A program made the position numbers and the translations under genes. Positions 62,085 through 64,000 of a stretch of 64,000 nucleotides of DNA are shown here, in pieces. The stretch is taken from NCBI RefSeq assembly GCF_036321535.1, contig NC_087437.1:9984001-10048000 (forward strand), given 5' to 3'. Under the pieces are notes generated by a model. The model did no database searches and was not told the origin of the DNA. It saw only the letters and a program-made list of their open reading frames with translations. Position 1 is the stretch's first letter. Every line of letters begins with the position of its first letter. The DNA is from Camelus dromedarius. Taxonomy: Eukaryota.

Positions 62085-62323
62085 CAAAAATCTAGAACAA
62101 GCAGATCTAAGCACAGAAAGGGGTTGCCAGGGGCTGGGGAGGAAATGAAGAGTGACGGCTGATGGGAACCAGGTTTCTTTTGCAGGTGATGAAAATGTTC
62201 TAAAAGTAGCTTTTGGTGATGGTTGCGCAACTCTGCTAACATACTGAAAAACATTGAATTATACACTGAATATGTGAACTTTACGGTGGATAAATTGTAT
62301 CTCAATAAAACTATTTTTTAAAA
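62085..62323 (+). mobile_element. L1MB-type 3' end
   Basis: ggttgccaggggctgggg...ggtgatgaaaatgttctaaaa...tggtgatggttgcgcaactctg...aattgtatctcaataaa. Confidence 0.88.
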
Positions 62324-62682
62324 CTAAGATCTCTTTCAGTACATAAATAAAACTTCAAATTAAAAGTCTTTTAATATTGCCATAATCATATTTTATGCCT
62401 TTTTGGCTAACATCAATTGTTTAAAAAATAAAAAATGTGCAATGTCAATGGGAAAAACATTTGAAATACTAAAGCATGGAATCAAATGTAATTTTGGAAA
62501 TGCGTGTGTTTAACCAAACATGCCCTTCTAATAGTTCTTATAACTTGTATATGGTATTCAAAAAATGATGATTTGTAATCTATACTATAAACTACATAAA
62601 ATGCTTCTTCAGTTTCCAATTTTCTTATCATCATACAGAATTAATTGTGATTTTAAAATTTCAGAAAAGAAATTAGTAGAAC

Positions 62683-62847
62683 TGCCTTGTCTAATACAGC
62701 AACTACTTGGCATTTATATCTATATTTAAATTAATTAAAATTAAATAAAATTAAAAACAGTTCTTCAATCCCAAAGTTCTCAATAATCACATATGGCCAG
62801 ATAATAGAGCATTTCCTCATGACAGAAAGTTCTGTTGGACAACACTG
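62683..62847. mobile_element. MER3/MER33-type hAT element
   Basis: tttaaattaattaaaattaaataaaattaaaaa...ctcaataatcacatatggc...cagaaagttctgttggacaacactg. Confidence 0.75.
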
Positions 62848-63749
62848 TTCTAGAAATGCATTTACTGTCTTAGGTACATAAGATTATTCTGCTTTGGGAC
62901 TCAGTTTTCTTTTTGTAATTCTTACTTTGTGAAGTACGTTCATTATTGTTATTTAGATTTTTACAACTACTTTATAAAACTCTCATCTGAATGCAGAAAA
63001 ACAATATTGCTGGTCATTACTCTCATAATCATTTGTTAGTGAGATTCTGAATTGATACTTAAGACAATCCCAGGTCCTGCCTAGTGACCATGACGTCATC
63101 TTAGTCTCTGAGATGATCGCTGGTCATGCCAGTCAAATAATTCCCACTCTAGTCATAATATTCAAGAGGAAACATCCCTCCCAGGGGCTTGGGAGTTGGC
63201 AAACAAGGGAGATGATTAGGGAGGAAAATAAAACCACAACAGAGAATTGGAAAGAAAAGAGCTGGGAAGAATAAAATAATCACTAGTTCTAACTATAACT
63301 TTAGGGCACCTCAGGAACTGGGACTCACGGTGCACTTTTTAAAAAGTGAAGGATGGATAGTCCATTGACTTCTGTTGAATACCAGAGGGACTTCCCAAAA
63401 TAACCAGTGCATTCGATCACACCTGTAAGATGTTTTGATCAATAACCAAGTCGCAAATTTTGAGTGTCATTCGTTCTCTGACTTCCCTAGCTGTTTCCGA
63501 TCACCTGTCCCCAGAGGCTGTTTAGTCCTTTGTCGGACACAGCGTGTCATGCTCATACACAGAAAGCCGGACCTCCTGAGTATTTCAAGGGTTGAAGGGA
63601 CTGGGGTTGGTTGAAGGGACTCTCTGCCCAGGTCTAAACTCTCATGTCTGCCTGTCTTTCATGACTCATGATGTTGAGACTACTCTAGGTTTTGTTTGGT
63701 TTTGTTTTATGATGTTACATTGGTCTTTTTTTTAAAGTCATAAATACAA

Positions 63750-63850
63750 AACAGAGTTTACCCTGTTATGAATACTATGTTCCTTATCCATGAGCTAATA
63801 TTTCAAAGCACTTAGAACAGTGATTGTCTTGCAGTGAGACTCCATTAAGA
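63750..63850 (+). mobile_element. MIR 3' end
   Basis: atgagctaata...aaagcacttagaacagtg. Confidence 0.55.
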
Positions 63851-63854
63851 TGAC

Positions 63855-63887
63855 AGATAGTTAGATAGACAGATAGATGGATAGATG

Positions 63888-63931
<44 letters not shown>
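63855..63931 (+). repeat. (GATA)n tetranucleotide microsatellite
   Basis: Long agat/gata run with a few variant units. Confidence 0.95.
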
Positions 63932-63934
<3 letters not shown>

Positions 63935-64000
63935 AAGGGAAGACATAAGTTCACTTTTTGTAAATAATGACTGTCAGCTGTAGGACACTGTGATCCTGTT

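Noticed and set aside
1..64000. All ORFs in the six-frame track (60-155 aa)
   Set aside because: Lengths are as expected by chance in mammalian DNA, many lie in repeats or low-complexity tracts, and none resembles a protein I recognise apart from L1 ORF2 remnants

Overview
Mammalian, repeat-rich, apparently non-coding DNA (intronic or intergenic). It is most likely from a camelid (alpaca/vicuna/llama/camel): there are four copies of a tRNA-Ala-derived SINE matching what I recall of the camelid Vic-1 family and more than ten cetartiodactyl-type L1 3' ends, and I saw no Alu, BovB/Bov-tA or PRE-1. No ORF in the track resembles a protein I recognise, so no CDS is called. Older eutherian repeats fill much of the rest: MIR, L2, L1M, MaLR/MLT1, LTR16 and hAT/Tigger DNA transposon relics. 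The best-supported structures record retrotransposition mechanics: two twin-primed (5'-inverted) L1s, an L1 nested in an L1 with a target-site duplication (TSD), a possible SINE-L1 chimera, a complex L1 junction that may be a 3' transduction, and an intact ERV1-type solo LTR with a 4-bp TSD. A few isolated strong splice-site pairs, including a possible 9-nt microexon, may belong to an unidentified transcript but are unproven. Repeat family names come from recalled consensus sequences, not a database search, and boundaries of old repeats are approximate. I found no convincing novel multi-gene system.
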